Source: Macrostomum lignano
Lineage: Eukaryota
Direction of reading: 5' to 3'
Length of the DNA stretch: 64,000 bases
Assembly: GCA_002269645.1 (NCBI GenBank)
Contig: NIVC01003744.1
Coordinates: forward strand, 1-64,000
Shown here: piece after piece, positions 30,959 through 44,500 of the stretch
Numbering within the stretch: the first letter of the stretch is position 1
How the letters are laid out: the number at the start of each line of letters is the position of its first letter
Translations under genes and position numbers: made by a program
The notes under the pieces: model-generated
The model's database searches: none
Told to the model about the DNA's origin: nothing
The model's input: the letters and a program-made list of their open reading frames with translations, nothing else

Positions 30959-32668
30959 AAGTCCTGATGATTCAGCTCGTACGTTGCGCTGCGATCAACT
31001 TGGTTGTGTGTTTTCTGTTAATCCTTATGTTAGTCACTGTGTGGTTTTTCAGTCTCTAAAAAACATTGGCTTGTTCCTAATTTACAAAATCCCGTGTTAG
31101 ATTAATTTTAAATTTTATTAGTTTCAGTAATAACTGTTCAAACCTTCAAGACCAAACACCTTTATTGTGATTGTGAACACTGGCTAATGTGCAGGTGTAC
31201 GCTAGTTCAGATTAAGTTGCAATTAAAGTGCAAAATAATAGTAAACCTAAAGAGACTGTATATTTACATGTACATGTATTTGTCTAGAAACTGGGCTCGA
31301 CCATTGTGGAGGATCCTCCTCCTTTTTAATATGTAATGTAGAAAGTTAAATATACGGGTCTCGGCTTCGATCTTAGCCACTCTCCAGTATATGGACAAAG
31401 TGCGCCTTGCTTGTCGTATTTGAATTGGTGGCAGCGTTTGTCGAACCTGACAGTCGATCGCTCCCTTTGCTGTTGAATGCAAGGACAACTGGCTATATAC
31501 AGTGATCCTTGGTTGAATGGTTTGGAGATACGTGGGCTACTACTATACCTACATGTAGTAGCGACATCCGTTGTACGAGTATCTGCACACACGTTCTATA
31601 GATCATGGCTAGACCACCAGCTGGGGCATGACTTTGGTTGGCCAAGATCGGCACAATGCCCGATGGGAAATACATTTTCTGTAATTGTCTGTTCAATGGC
31701 GCACATACACTGTACATGTACACATGCATGTGGAAAACAGGTAGATAGGAAGCGACAAAGTAACTGTCGAAGATAAACAAAAATGGTTGCAATCGACAGT
31801 TGTGGTAAAGATATATGATGAATATTGGCATATTTTATATGAAATAACTCTATATTTTGTTTACTGAAAATTTTATAATTTACACGAATGGCAAAACAAA
31901 AAAGCAAAGCTAGCTATAGGCTGAGTCCAGAGTGTGAGAAAACGAAGTACGTAGAAAGGTGCAAGAAAACGATTAGTCACGATAGAAAATAAGTTTAGTT
32001 TCATTTGATCGGCTGCTGACCAATTCGGCGATAAAAAAATTGGCGACAAAGATTTATCGTGGTCAAATTCGGCGAAAGCAAATTTGGCGACAATATAGTT
32101 AAATTCTGTGACAAAGAAAAAATTGTTTATAACCTTACTAAATCTCTGAAAAAATAGTATTAGTTATTGTATACCATATTAGCTTTCCTTTTTAATTGAG
32201 TTTGTTTTATCCAATCAATATGCTGTGTTTTCAAATGTGCTTTCCAAGAAACATTCAAGTTCAATTCTTTCTTGCAGCTTGCAGACTGCCCAATGGATCG
32301 AATTGCATTTTTTCTATCAAAGGTCATGTCAAACTGACAACCAGATAAGATAGTAGGCATTTGACTTGTCATTGATTGACTCATTGTGTCTGGGTTACTG
32401 CTTACTAGGTAAAAGTTCTTTACAAAGGCTTTATGTGGATTTCAAATTATGCATATTTATTCAAAAATTCATTATTCGAAATGTAAGAAAACGAATCAAT
32501 AATTGTAAAAATATAGTTCTTTATAAATATTTTTTCTTCATAATCATAAGACATAGTTAAAATACTGAACTTTCATTTAAAATAAATATTGAAAAAAAAG
32601 CTTTGACTTTTACTAGTTTTAGTGCATTGCTGCTAGTAATGCCAGTATTTTTTAAACATAGGCCTAGG

Positions 32669-32955
32669 CATACATGCACAACAGTCGGCCGATCCGGCCG
32701 ACCGATTTGGCGGCCAACCAAGAAAGTCGCAAAAATGCCCACCCAAGAAATACCCAAATAGTAGTACTAAGTAGCTGATGAAGCATTCTGGCTTAGTAAG
32801 ACAGTCTTAGTTACTTCTGCTGTTTACCCAAAGTTGCGATAATTTTGCTTTAGGGTTTTTTACATGTAAGTCGCATTTTTGGCCAAAAACTATGTCGCAT
32901 TTTTGTTAAAACTAAGTCAAATGGCCAACCAAATTTTCGAGATTGCGCATGTATG
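32669..32955. mobile_element. hAT-type MITE, copy 2 (287 bp)
   Basis: TIRs CATACATGCACAAC / GATTGCGCATGTATG; 8-bp TSD GGCCTAGG (32661-32668, 32956-32963). Confidence 0.88.
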
Positions 32956-34232
32956 GGCCTAGGTCTAGAGAAAAATCTTTTTGTAATTATATTAGCTTTC
33001 AATAAATTGAAACAGGAAAAACTGTCATCTAGAAATAGCTGTCTTTTTATAGAAATAGCTTATTAAAAATATGACATTTAAAAATAATAGGAGCTTTTGT
33101 ATTTTTTAAATTAAACAAAAATAGTTAGCTATAGCATAAAACATCATTATTAATATGCAAAGCCAATGTATATAATAATAAGCTATTTTTAATTCTTATC
33201 TATATTAGATAATAAATACAATTATTATATTTCATATTTATTTTTATTTATAGAATTATATTAAATAATTAAGGAAATGTGGGATAAAAATGTGGAAAAT
33301 TAAAATACAAAATATAAAAAAGTTTTATAATATTTTTATAAATATTATATAAAAATAATATTTATATTTTACTGCCCGCCCCCCCCCCCCAAATAGCTTC
33401 AAGACCAAAAATATTGTGCCCCCTAAAAACATAAATTTGCGTCCTCTAAACTTGATTCTTTGTCCCCAAATGCCTTTTTTGCACCCTTAAGCTTGATTTT
33501 TTGCCCCCAAATGCATTTCTTGTGCCCCTAAGCTTGATTTTTTGCCCCCAACATGCATTTTTTGTGCCCCTTAGCTTAAAATTTAGTGCCCTTTACACTC
33601 GTGTTGGCGCCCCAAACTTGGACTGCCCCCCCCCCCAAAATGAAACTAGATCCGCCACTATTTTTTTTCTTTTACATTTAACAACTTGCATTATGAAATG
33701 AATTAGCAAAGCAGAAAACAAAACTTTTCAAATACAAGTTTTCAATTTAAATTTTTTTACTTTATGCATTGAATATAGCTTATAATATAACCATGCAATC
33801 ACATGGAGAGGTGCACATAAGTTGCTGCAATTCACGGCCAACCCCTCCTCCCAACTTGAGAGATGACAGAGGAGAGTTGAGAGGTGAGGTAAGAGAGGCT
33901 AGGAGAGAAGAGATGAGTGAAAAGATAAGAGATGGAGATAGCAGGGAGTAGAGGAGATGAGATGCGATGTGAGAGTAGAAGAGATAGTAGAAGAAAGGGG
34001 AGAGGAAAAGAAAAGTGGAGCAGAGGGAAGAGGAGATTAGAGAAGATAAGAGAGTCAGAGAGGAGAGGAGATAACTAACTGAGAAGATTCTAAAGTGCCC
34101 AAGGACCCCAAGGGCCAGATAGAGAGGCTTTGCGGGCTGGAGTTTGCCCACACCTGAATTGTAGGGGATATTGTGAGGGTAAAGAAGTTCATAAATGTTA
34201 GCAAAAAGTTGATTACTTCTCACAAATCTCTC

Positions 34233-34586
34233 ATGCCAATGAGCGACGTGAAAAGCTGCCTTGACGAGGCCCAGGCCGCTGTTCGCGAGGTCGCCTTCGC
34301 GGTGTCCAGCATTGAAATGTCGTCCGCTCTGCCAGCCGGCGGCTCGGAGGCCTTCTTGAACATCGTGACGCTGGAGGGTCGCCGGATGTGCGTGCGAATC
34401 GGCGAGGAGGGCTTCCGGGTGGTGTCCGACCAGCCAGACTGCCAGGACACCCCGGCGCCTGCCTGCTACGAGACTGTCTACGCCCTGCTTAGCGACCTCA
34501 GCGAGGGCTTCAGGAGCGCCTTCAGCGGGGCGCTGTCTGCCCGCCTGCTGGACCTGACTGCGGCTGCGGATGCTGACAAAAATTGA
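34233..34586 (+). CDS. GSKIP: GSK3-beta interaction protein (DUF727)
   Basis: EAQAAVREVAFAV...AFLNIVTLEGRRMCVRIGEEGFRVV...YETVYALLSDLSEGFRSAFSGALSARL matches the GSKIP family signature (YET.Y.LL..LS..YR..F...L..RL). Confidence 0.93.
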   Translation: MPMSDVKSCLDEAQAAVREVAFAVSSIEMSSALPAGGSEAFLNIVTLEGRRMCVRIGEEGFRVVSDQPDCQDTPAPACYETVYALLSDLSEGFRSAFSGALSARLLDLTAAADADKN

Positions 34587-34779
34587 TTGATTGACAATTG
34601 CGCCTGGCAAGTTGAACAGGTTAGACAGGTACTTAGATTGCTCCGCATTCGTAGGTAGTTTGTTGAGGAAACAAGTGGTTTAAAAGTGTAGACCGACAGG
34701 TAGTTGAATGAGTAGGCATGTAGTATGATGGATAAATTGGTTTGGTAGGTTTGATGGGTAATGGTAGTTTAATTGGTAG

Positions 34780-35070
34780 ACAGGTAGTTTAGTAGGTAGA
34801 CAGGTAGTTCAGTGGGTAGACAGGTAGTTCAATGGGTAGACAGGTAGTTCAATGGGTAGACAGGTAGTTCAGTGGGTAGACAGGTAGTTCAGTGGGTAGA
34901 CAGGTAGTTCAGTGGGTAGACAGGTAGTTCAATGGGTAGACAGGTAGTTCAGTGGGTAGACAGGTAGTTTAATGGGTAGACAGGTAGTTCAGTGGGTAGA
35001 CAGGTAGTTTAGAGGGTAGACAGGTAGTTTAATGGATAGACAGGTAGTTTAGTGGGTAGACAGGTAGGTT
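34780..35070. repeat. 20-bp minisatellite (GGGTAGACAGGTAGTTCAGT)n
   Basis: Direct reading. Confidence 0.93.
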
Positions 35071-35992
35071 GGCTGGTACACAGATAACATAATTAGAAAC
35101 ACAAATATATGCTTAGTATTTTAATGAGCAGATGAGTGGTTTAATGGATAGACAGGTAGTTTGGTGGCTTAGCTAGAGAGACAGGTGTACTGAGGCAGCA
35201 AGTATCGCGAAGACACTGTATTAAGAGTTCCAATACTAAATGTTTTTTTGATTTTCAATAATAATTGTGCTTACCAAAATCTGTGTTTAATAATTATTTA
35301 TATCTGTATAGCTCTATAGTTTTTGGCGTTCATGTTATTTTTAATTTATTATTTAATTAATTATTAATTAAACTATTAGCATATGTCTATTGTAAATGAT
35401 GATTTATTATTCAATTTGTTTCGTTGCTCTTCACTGCATCAGCCAAATTGCAGCCAAAAGTGTGCGTATCTACTTAGTGCAGCGTCTTGATGCATTTTAG
35501 AGTGGCACTCTGAGCTTGGAATCTCGCGATTACTATTAGTAGTATGTCATGGTGTTAATATTTCATCTTTTAACCCTCTGGTCTAATTTTGGCGTTTTAT
35601 AACTTTCTTACTTTGCAATTTTTTGCCTGATTGCTGCTCAGAAGGAATCTTGATGCGGAAATATATATAAAAAGAACTGATTTTGTGCACTTGGATTGAC
35701 AGTTCCCTTTGAACGCTATTGTGAACTTGAAATTGCTGTCAGTCAGGCTTCTCGGTAACTTTTCTCACTTTAAAGTGCTTCGGCTCTATGGGAGTCGTTT
35801 TAGCTAAATCTGCTACTGGCAGTAAAATCTTACTAATGTCTTAGCTTTGAATTCTGATACTCTTCGATTGACAGATTGAATTCGAAGTGCTTTTTATTCA
35901 TCAAATAATCTGGGTAGTCAATAGGAAAAATTGATATATTATTTCATGTTGGGTAAATTTTTGAACATTTATAAAGGATGATCAACAGAATG

Positions 35993-36480
<488 letters not shown>

Positions 36481-39400
36481 GACAGATAAATAAAGGTAGC
36501 AGGCAGGTAGGTAAGTGCAGATCTGCAGGATCTCTGGGGATTTCGCAGCAGACTCCTGAAAACCAGCGCAGCTTTTATTTCTCACCCCCCCCCCTCAAAT
36601 AAGTCGCACCTGCCCCATCTAGCAAGCCTGATTAGCAACGGATTATGATTGCGTTGTGGCTCTGCTTTGCCTTGTGATTAGCCGCCAATCCGCAGTATCA
36701 GGAAAGGGTCTCCCCGCCCTTGTTACGGCGAGACCCTGTGGATTTAACAAGCAGAACAGGCAGGCTGCCTGAGCACTCGCTGTGTAGGGCCGAGTGCTGC
36801 ACACTGAAGTTCAGGTGCCCTCTTGCGCTCGCACTCGCACTGTGCAGAGTTCACTATTATTCTTGCGGACTCGCTGCTGAGCTGCACTTTTCTGACAGTA
36901 GGCAGAAATCTCACGCGCCAGATTTTCTACACCTTTTCCGCGGCCCAACCTTGGGGCTGATAAGCGCTGGCTTTGTGGGCCGGGGCTAGGGCTGTTTTTC
37001 TAATTCCCCACCTCGTGCCCTCTGCGGACAAAGTTTGCTCATTTCCTTATTTGGATTGGGGAAGACAGAATGGGAAGCAATGCGAAGGGCACGCCCGGAG
37101 CCTCCTGACCGAGTTTTCTGTTTTCTTATGGCAAAAACTCGCATATTTTTTCCCTCTGGTCTTACACGGCCTAAGATTGTGCGGGAAATTTCCCATTGGT
37201 TTGAAGCTCATGCTCATATTTTTCCCATGCCTACCTTTTTGGTGTGATATATTTCTGTAAATGATCTTTAACTGACTGATAACTGGGTTGCTTGGATTCA
37301 TGAAGGAATTGCTGATTGCCCATGATTGACGTCTTGAAAAATGAATAACTCGAATGACAAGAAAATTTGTGACAGACTTGTGTTGACCAACCTGTCGGTA
37401 ATAATTTATGAATATCACAATAAAACGAATATTGAAATGAAACTTTTTTATTTTTGATTTTATAACCAGAATTTTTCATTTGTGAATAACAATTGGTGTT
37501 ACAAATAGAAGTGGGATTCGGGAAACGGCTATATATATATAGCAACATTTAACAAGCAAAGTTTCTTTTTGTGCTTTTGTCTATTGATTTTGACTTTTTT
37601 TTCAATTTTCCTTATTTAGAACCCAAGTTGAAAAGTAGTGCTTTGCGTTTGCGGCGTGCGCGGAAACGGAAGGACAACAATAAACTTTTGCGGTAGGCTT
37701 TCATGAGAAACTGATGAAAATCCGAAGAAAAATAGCGTCAACAAATTTAATACTCAGCAAGCCTGTGGATGGGATATGGGTCTGTCGGGGGGCTCTGCAG
37801 CTGTCTGTCAGATCGCTAACATTACAAAATGCGCCAAAGCTCTCGAACTTGCAGCGCCACGTGTCGGGCAGAATGGACCCAGAGCATGCGGGTTGCGGCA
37901 CCCTGCTGCAGTCAGCACAAAAATCTCAGGTCTTTCAGAAGCCGGCGGCTTATCATATTTTTGGTGGAAGGGGGGGGGGGGCTGACAGCGCGGGGGACGC
38001 AACGCACAGCTTAGCGTGTAAAATCAATGGCAATTCATCGGTAACGCTGCTGCAGCATCAGGGAGATTTCACAGTTAGATACAAAATCAGGCGAAACTGC
38101 CGGCGCTTTCCACGCGAGCTTCTAGGAACTTTTTTTGACAGTTTTTAACCTTCAGTAACTTATTTGTAATCAGTTTCACTTCGCGGGCAAGCGCTAGCAA
38201 AAATATAGAAGCATAATCTGAGTTTTTATGTACACAACATTTACAATTTTTGTTTGCTTTTTACAATTAGTTATTTACACGGACGATAAGTGAGTCAACA
38301 AGGACAGCATGTGAATAAATGGCTATAAAAACAACTTAGAATCTACATTGTTTGAAACTAACAATATTTATATAGCTAAGGAGCATAGTTGTGCTTAAAA
38401 CTGGATCTCTCCATATTAATATTGGCTGCCAATGTCATTAGGTTGCGGTGTTTTTGAACTATAATACAAAAATGATTTAGCTGTCACTCCTGCTCCTCCG
38501 GCCAAAACTAGGACTCGTACAGTAAGGTCAAAAGTGCCGCGAATACCTTCCGGTTATTCGAATACAAAACACTGACAAATCAAAGGAAAGAGCAATGGCT
38601 GACCTGACTTTTTATGCTTAAAACTTGAAAGAACAATCGACAGCAAAAAGGAGTGAGAATGGTAAACAAAGGCCTGCAAATACCGACAAAGTATAAAAAT
38701 ATGCGCGCATCCGCGATTACCTAAACAAAAATTGCACTGGTATCTTCAATGCTGCAAATCGATGGTAACGGATGAGAATTAAATGTGTTCGCGCCTATCA
38801 GGTGGCCAGAGAAGCGACCGATGGGGCAGATGCGAACTGTGTAAACATCAACACTTCACAAAGCCAAGTGATGCGCTCGCAACTACTGCACTCCAAAATA
38901 GGATAAAAGTTACTGGGAGGGGCGCTGAAGGTATTGAATTCACTTGGGGTTCATCGACGTGGGGCTCCGATGGAGTATATAAAGCAGATGGAAAATGTGA
39001 AAATTCCGATGGACCTCATGAAGCAGAACTCGCTATTGCTTTCACACAGTTCGGTTACAGTGCAAATAAATAATTCTCACTAAGTGTGCAGACTGGGTCT
39101 AAGCGGGTGACTTCAGATAGATACATAAATATTCAATAACACACTCTAGAAGAGAATGAACGACGCATTCAGATTTGCAGCGTGGGAGCTGCAGCGGGTG
39201 TCTGGTTCATAACTAAAACATAATTAGGAATAAATGAATAAATAAGTATGGAGTATATAATAGTTGAACAGTACTGCTAATATTCACACACAGACAGACT
39301 GCACTGGATCGAGCTCTGCCTCTTCTGCAAGCTCCATGTAGCGTCTCCGTCTCCGACCTCCTACCCTTCTCTGTATTCCATCGCCCTGGCTCGAGTATCA

Positions 39401-39650
39401 ATTTACAGAAGACACTGAGTCCGTCCCGACCCAGTCAAGCAGGTGAGGCAAAGCCGAACCAGTGCACACAAGAAGAGGGCACGCGCACTCTTCAGAGGGC
39501 AGACGCAGGCAAACTGCAAGCAAAAATTAACACAAAGAGGACGTCCAGTTTCAAGCAGAGGGCACTCCAATCCGTCCTCGCTTCCTCGCGTCTCATCGCT
39601 TACTTTTCTGTCGCCCAGTCTCCCAAGCAGCTTTGTTAATCCGCCATTGG

Positions 39651-41552
39651 TTAATCCTCTCGAATAGGGTCCAACAGCGAGGCCTGAGCGGAGGGCCGCA
39701 TCAGGCTGACCAGAGTGCGGCGGCTGACCGCCCACACAAGAAGGCGCGGGGCCGGCGTTCGCGTCTGCAGGCGGCTCACGATGCCACTGATGGCCGCGTC
39801 AACTTCCGACAGGCTGTCTGAGGACAACTGAAGGTGTGGGGGTGAAAAACTCTGGTTTATAGGCTTAAATTCAGGCTTAAGCTGGCTTACAGATATTCAG
39901 TGTTGCACTGAACTGCAGCACTGGATCTCACCTGAAACAGATCGCACAGCTGCGACAGCACCTCGTCAACAGCGTTCCGGTTCGCGGGCCCAGCGGCAGC
40001 CAGCAGGTGTTTCCGAGCGATGGCCAGCGCCAGCACGCACGGTCGGTGCTCGTAGACCGCCACGGAGCAGAGGCTGGTCTCCAGCTCGCCCACGGCCCGC
40101 TGGAAGGCCTGGACGCTGGGGAAAAGCGACTGCAGCTCCAGCAGGAAGTGAAGCGGAGTGGCCGCCTCCTCCAAGCAGCGCTGGTCGCGCAGCTTGTTCC
40201 TGATGATGACCTCCATGCGCTCCAGGTCGTTGGCTGAGCCGCCGCACCTGGCCATGCAAACCAGCTTCTCTGGCACCGGCCAATCCTGTTGGCGGAATAT
40301 CGTGGCAGTGAGGCGATGTACATCTTTTTGCCCAAGTCCTTTGGCACTCAAGAGTCTCATGTGATGCTCTGTTGATGCGCCGAAGCAGATTCGATAACGC
40401 CTTCTTAACTGACTCACTCACTAGAGCCGCTAATTAGTAGATTCCCAAATTTTTCCCAGTGATTAATGATGGATCAGCTCGACTAAGATCTTGGACAGGG
40501 AGACAAACCAGTGGGCCATAAATCAATCAATATTTGCTTACGCTCTGGTCCTCAATCATCTTGGCGGCTATCAGATAGGCAGCGGTTGCCAAGCAGGCCA
40601 TGTACTTTGGCTTAACCTGGAATAAAATATTTTTAGAGCGTCATTCTATAGATTCGATCGCTGCCCTCCCTACAGTTGGTTTCCCAACGAACCAAATGTA
40701 GCTTTTATTATGTAAAAAGCATCTTAACTCACCTTGACCTTCACTACGAAGCGATCAGCAATGTTCACGGCGTGGGCGAAGCACTCAGGCGACAGGTTGT
40801 AAAACTTGTGCAGGAAGCGCAGGTTGTAAATCGCCTCGTCGCGAAGCCTGGCGTCCACCTTGTCTTCGGAAGCCTGAGATTAGTAGTTAGGCTATTGCGT
40901 TACATTGCTGCCTAATCCTAGTTGTATTAAAATTTTCTGCTGGCAAACAACTCACCGAGTTGATCCGGAACAAGAAGTCAGTCTTGGGGTGATAATCCGG
41001 CTCCCTGGCTAGCAGCTCAATGAGACGAGCAATGGACTCATCCGTGAGGCTCACAGGCTCAGCGAGTCCCTGCAATAAGACGGTTGGGTGGCCCACGAAT
41101 TGCAATCGCTCTGAAGATTAGTGAGTTCTCGTTCATATAAGCAACGAATAGATGAACTTCATTACCTCATCATGCTGCAGCGGCTGGTCCTTTTCGCTGC
41201 ACACTTCGCTTTCGCCATCAGAACTGCAGCTGTTGCTCCTTCCTCCATTGCTGCTGCTGTTGCTACTGTTGTTATTGTTGCCCTTGTCATTCTCCTCCAC
41301 ATTGTTGTTGTTTTCGAGTTCGTCACCGCCCGAGGCGCGGAAGTCCCGCCCTGCGGCGCCGCTAACACAGGCCTCGTCGCCTCGACGCGCCTCCTTGCTG
41401 CTTTTGGCCGCCCAGCTGTTGGCGGCGGCGCCCTGAGCTGCCGACTTTTTCGAACGCTTCCTGCGCACGCGTCTGTCATTGTGGACCATGGCGAACGGCT
41501 GCTGGGACTCCTGAGACTGCTGGCTGCTGATTTCTACAGTCGCGACTGGCAT
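39651..41552 (-). CDS. CCNG: Cyclin G, about 415 aa; exons 41552-41166, 41069-40956, 40873-40733, 40616-40542, 40285-39932, 39827-39651
   Basis: All introns are phase-0 GT-AG. Cyclin box RDEAIYNLRFLHKFYNLSPECFAHAVNIADRFVVKVK|VKPKYMACLATAAYLIAAK; CGGSANDLERMEVIIRNKL...ATPLHFL; cyclin G-type C-terminus LVWAVSRRTL...LDPIRED. Confidence 0.9.
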
Positions 41553-44500
41553 ATAACCAACTGGACGCGAGTACTCTGTACAATTTCCTTGCGGAAATCA
41601 ACTATGGAGTCCAGAGACTGGGGCGAGAGAGCGAGCGAAGCTGCGATCGGACTGTGCGGGAGATGCCCCGGGGATGCAGACTCACAGACAGGCAAAATGA
41701 AAGACTTGCGGGCAAGATGACGGTGATCTCCTGGTGCCAGTTCTCGCTCTCTCTCACTCGCACTCTCACTCTCTCTGTGTTTCACTGTATTCAATTGGCC
41801 ATGTTCGACTCCAGCTTGACGACTTAATGACAAAATAAAATAAGAAGAGGCTGAATCAAGGAGAGGAGGGTGCAGAAGCAGCTTTGACAAAGTGAGATCG
41901 CTCGGCGTCTGCGTTCCCGCTCCCTTCCCTGGCAGTGAAGAATCGCCTGCAGGGGCTGCGGGCTTCTCTTTTTAAGGCAAACTCGCTGGCCAATGGCCCG
42001 GCAGCAACCCCTCCGCGGCCTTCGCCCCCTGCCGCTGCCGCAGCCACCCTCCGCCTCAAGTCAGCTGATTCGGGGCTCTCACTGGGTGAACAGCTGATTG
42101 CCGACCGTAGTTGCCATGACAACGGCATTGAGCGAGTAACTTTTAGCTCGGGTACTTGCAGGGCAGAGATTTCACCCTGAGCCTTCTTGCTTTTCTGTCC
42201 CTCCGGCCTTGCCAGCACTGTACTGGCAAGTTGAACAAATGTACACAGTTGCTGAGTGCGCATTGCCGTACACGCACTTCTGTACGCGCGGCCACTGCTT
42301 GGTTAAGGGTGGCCTTGAAATAGAATTCAGCGAAGGAAATCGCAGAGAGTGAAGAGTATTCAAGGCGCAATGCAAGTCTCTCACCCCGCTATTCTGGCCT
42401 CGCGATTCCTCCCACTGCTTCACTGCTGCCTCACGCACCCTGCATGAAAATCAAGTGCGCCCCCCTCGCCCCTCTTTCCCCGTTCCGTCCGACTCTCTTC
42501 CCCCTCGCGCAAACCCAAGTTCACAACATGGGGTGATCCTCAGCCTCCCTGCTCCCGCCCTGCCGCTAGGGAGACGGAACTAATGGGGGAGAGAGAATTT
42601 GGGGTACTGAATGAATGAAAGGCAGCGAGCGAGAGCGAGGCGGCTCTTCGGGGATTCTGCCCGGGTTGGCCAGGGCGAACAACTGAACTGGCGTACTCGC
42701 GTCCCGGGTTTGAACTTGGCCTTCCCTGCCTGCAGCGCAGCCTTGCCGCAGCCTTCCGCTTCCTCGCTCCCAATCTGCCTGAATTCTTTCTGGCTGCCTG
42801 CCTCTTCCTCTTATAGAGAGGGGCCTGTGGGAGCGCTTTTTCCCATTATTCCCCAGCTTTCCCCCTCTAAACACTTCTGTACTCGGTCCACTCAGTTCGT
42901 GCACTTTTCCAACACCGACAGCAGCTTGAGTGGAGCAGCACGGCTGAGGTGGCCCGCTATGGAATGGTCGGCTTGCGTGACAGGCCTCGGAGCTGGGTGG
43001 GGAGGGAGAGAGTGGCAGGGCACAGGGTGGTCTTCACGCGACCGAGGGCTGAGAGGCTTGCAGCGCAGCGTTTTGCTTTCTAAGGCCAGCTTGAAGAGAA
43101 ACGGAGCCTTGTGTGACGCGCGCACAGAGCTCACTTGTTGTATTTCACTCGCTTAACACAAAATGCAAACCAGGGCAGTCAGCATAGCTGAGAGACCTGC
43201 GCGCACGAAGAGAGAATTTAAGGGTCAGACACTCGAATACAGATGCGTGCACTTTTCAAGTGGCGGCTTCAGGAAAAGAGATAGGGGCCTGGCCAGGCAA
43301 GATAGCTGGCTGGCTGGCTGACAAGCCCAGCAAGCCGAGCCCAAGGGTTTGTGGTTGTGGCATTCCATTCTGCCTGCGCGGCCAGCATCTCTCTAACCTT
43401 GCAGCGATCGGCTGGCCATTGTTCAGAGGATAGGCGGGCAGAAACAGGAAAGGCTGACAGAAACAGGCGGCCATTTTTGGGAGTTGAGGGCAGAATTGGA
43501 CACTGCACTGGCGGCTCTCAGCAACTCCGCTTTGTTTACAGCATAGAGAGAGAGGGCTGGCATGGAGCGTCCAACTGAGCTGCCCCTGCAGTACCTGCGT
43601 GCGCACTCGCCCTACTCGCACTGCTCCATGCAGTTCCTTCTCTCTTTCTCTGCTTGTCAAGGAACGGGCTGGGAGAGCCTCAGTTCAGTGGGTGTGGCAA
43701 ACGAGAGGCCACTTGGGCGCAGTTTACCCTGCAGGGTGGGTTTCCTGGGGCTAAATTTGAGCCGGCACTCGTACAACTGCGTGAGTGAAGTCAATGCAAA
43801 ATGTCGGCAGTAGAGAAATTGGATCGATAAAGCAGTGAGTGCCCTCAGTGCATTGTTCTCAACCTCGGGTTAGGAATGGAAAACAACAGGAATTTTCTTC
43901 GCTAAAAGTACATTTTCTTAGGAGAAACAAACCGCTGGCTCAAGCACGGCTAGGAAATTTGCTAGCAAAAATAGTTTCTAGCGAACTCTAATTATCGCTG
44001 GCCCACGCGGCGGTGCCATGCTAGGGTGGGGCAAACTGAGCTGCTCACTGCTGCTCAGGGGACGAAGTTGCTCAGCTGCCTCAAAGCTAATATTTTCTCG
44101 GTCGCCTTTCTCACTTCCTCCTTAGGCAACTTGGATAACTTGAATCTTTGCCTGTCTTTTATTTTCTCGATTCTCTCTTCGCCTCGCTTCCTTGGGGCTT
44201 CGTCAGAGAGAAGCGCATGCAGTGCACTTCCCTTCCTAGCCCCCGAGTGCCTGCCTCCCCCGCTGGGATTAGGCAGATAAGATTAATGAGGTTTCTTTCT
44301 TCCCTCACCCTTTGCGTGTTGACGACCCAAGCGGGTGGGGGCCGACGGGAAACGGTTGACTGACTGCTCCCGACTGGCCGGCCATTGTCAGGAGTTGGGG
44401 GAGTCAGACGGACAGTCAGACAGGCAGCTGCTGCTGCAAAGGCGATGGAAAATCCAGGCTGGCACGCAGTGGGTTCAAACTTTCTACATGCATTTTTTCA

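Noticed and set aside
33370-33660. MITE with terminus TAGATCCGCCACTA
   Set aside because: No matching opposite TIR or TSD found.
38700-39080. Stop-interrupted reading frame (YARIRDYL...ALKVLNSLGV...) as a decayed transposase
   Set aside because: No diagnostic catalytic motif or termini recognised.
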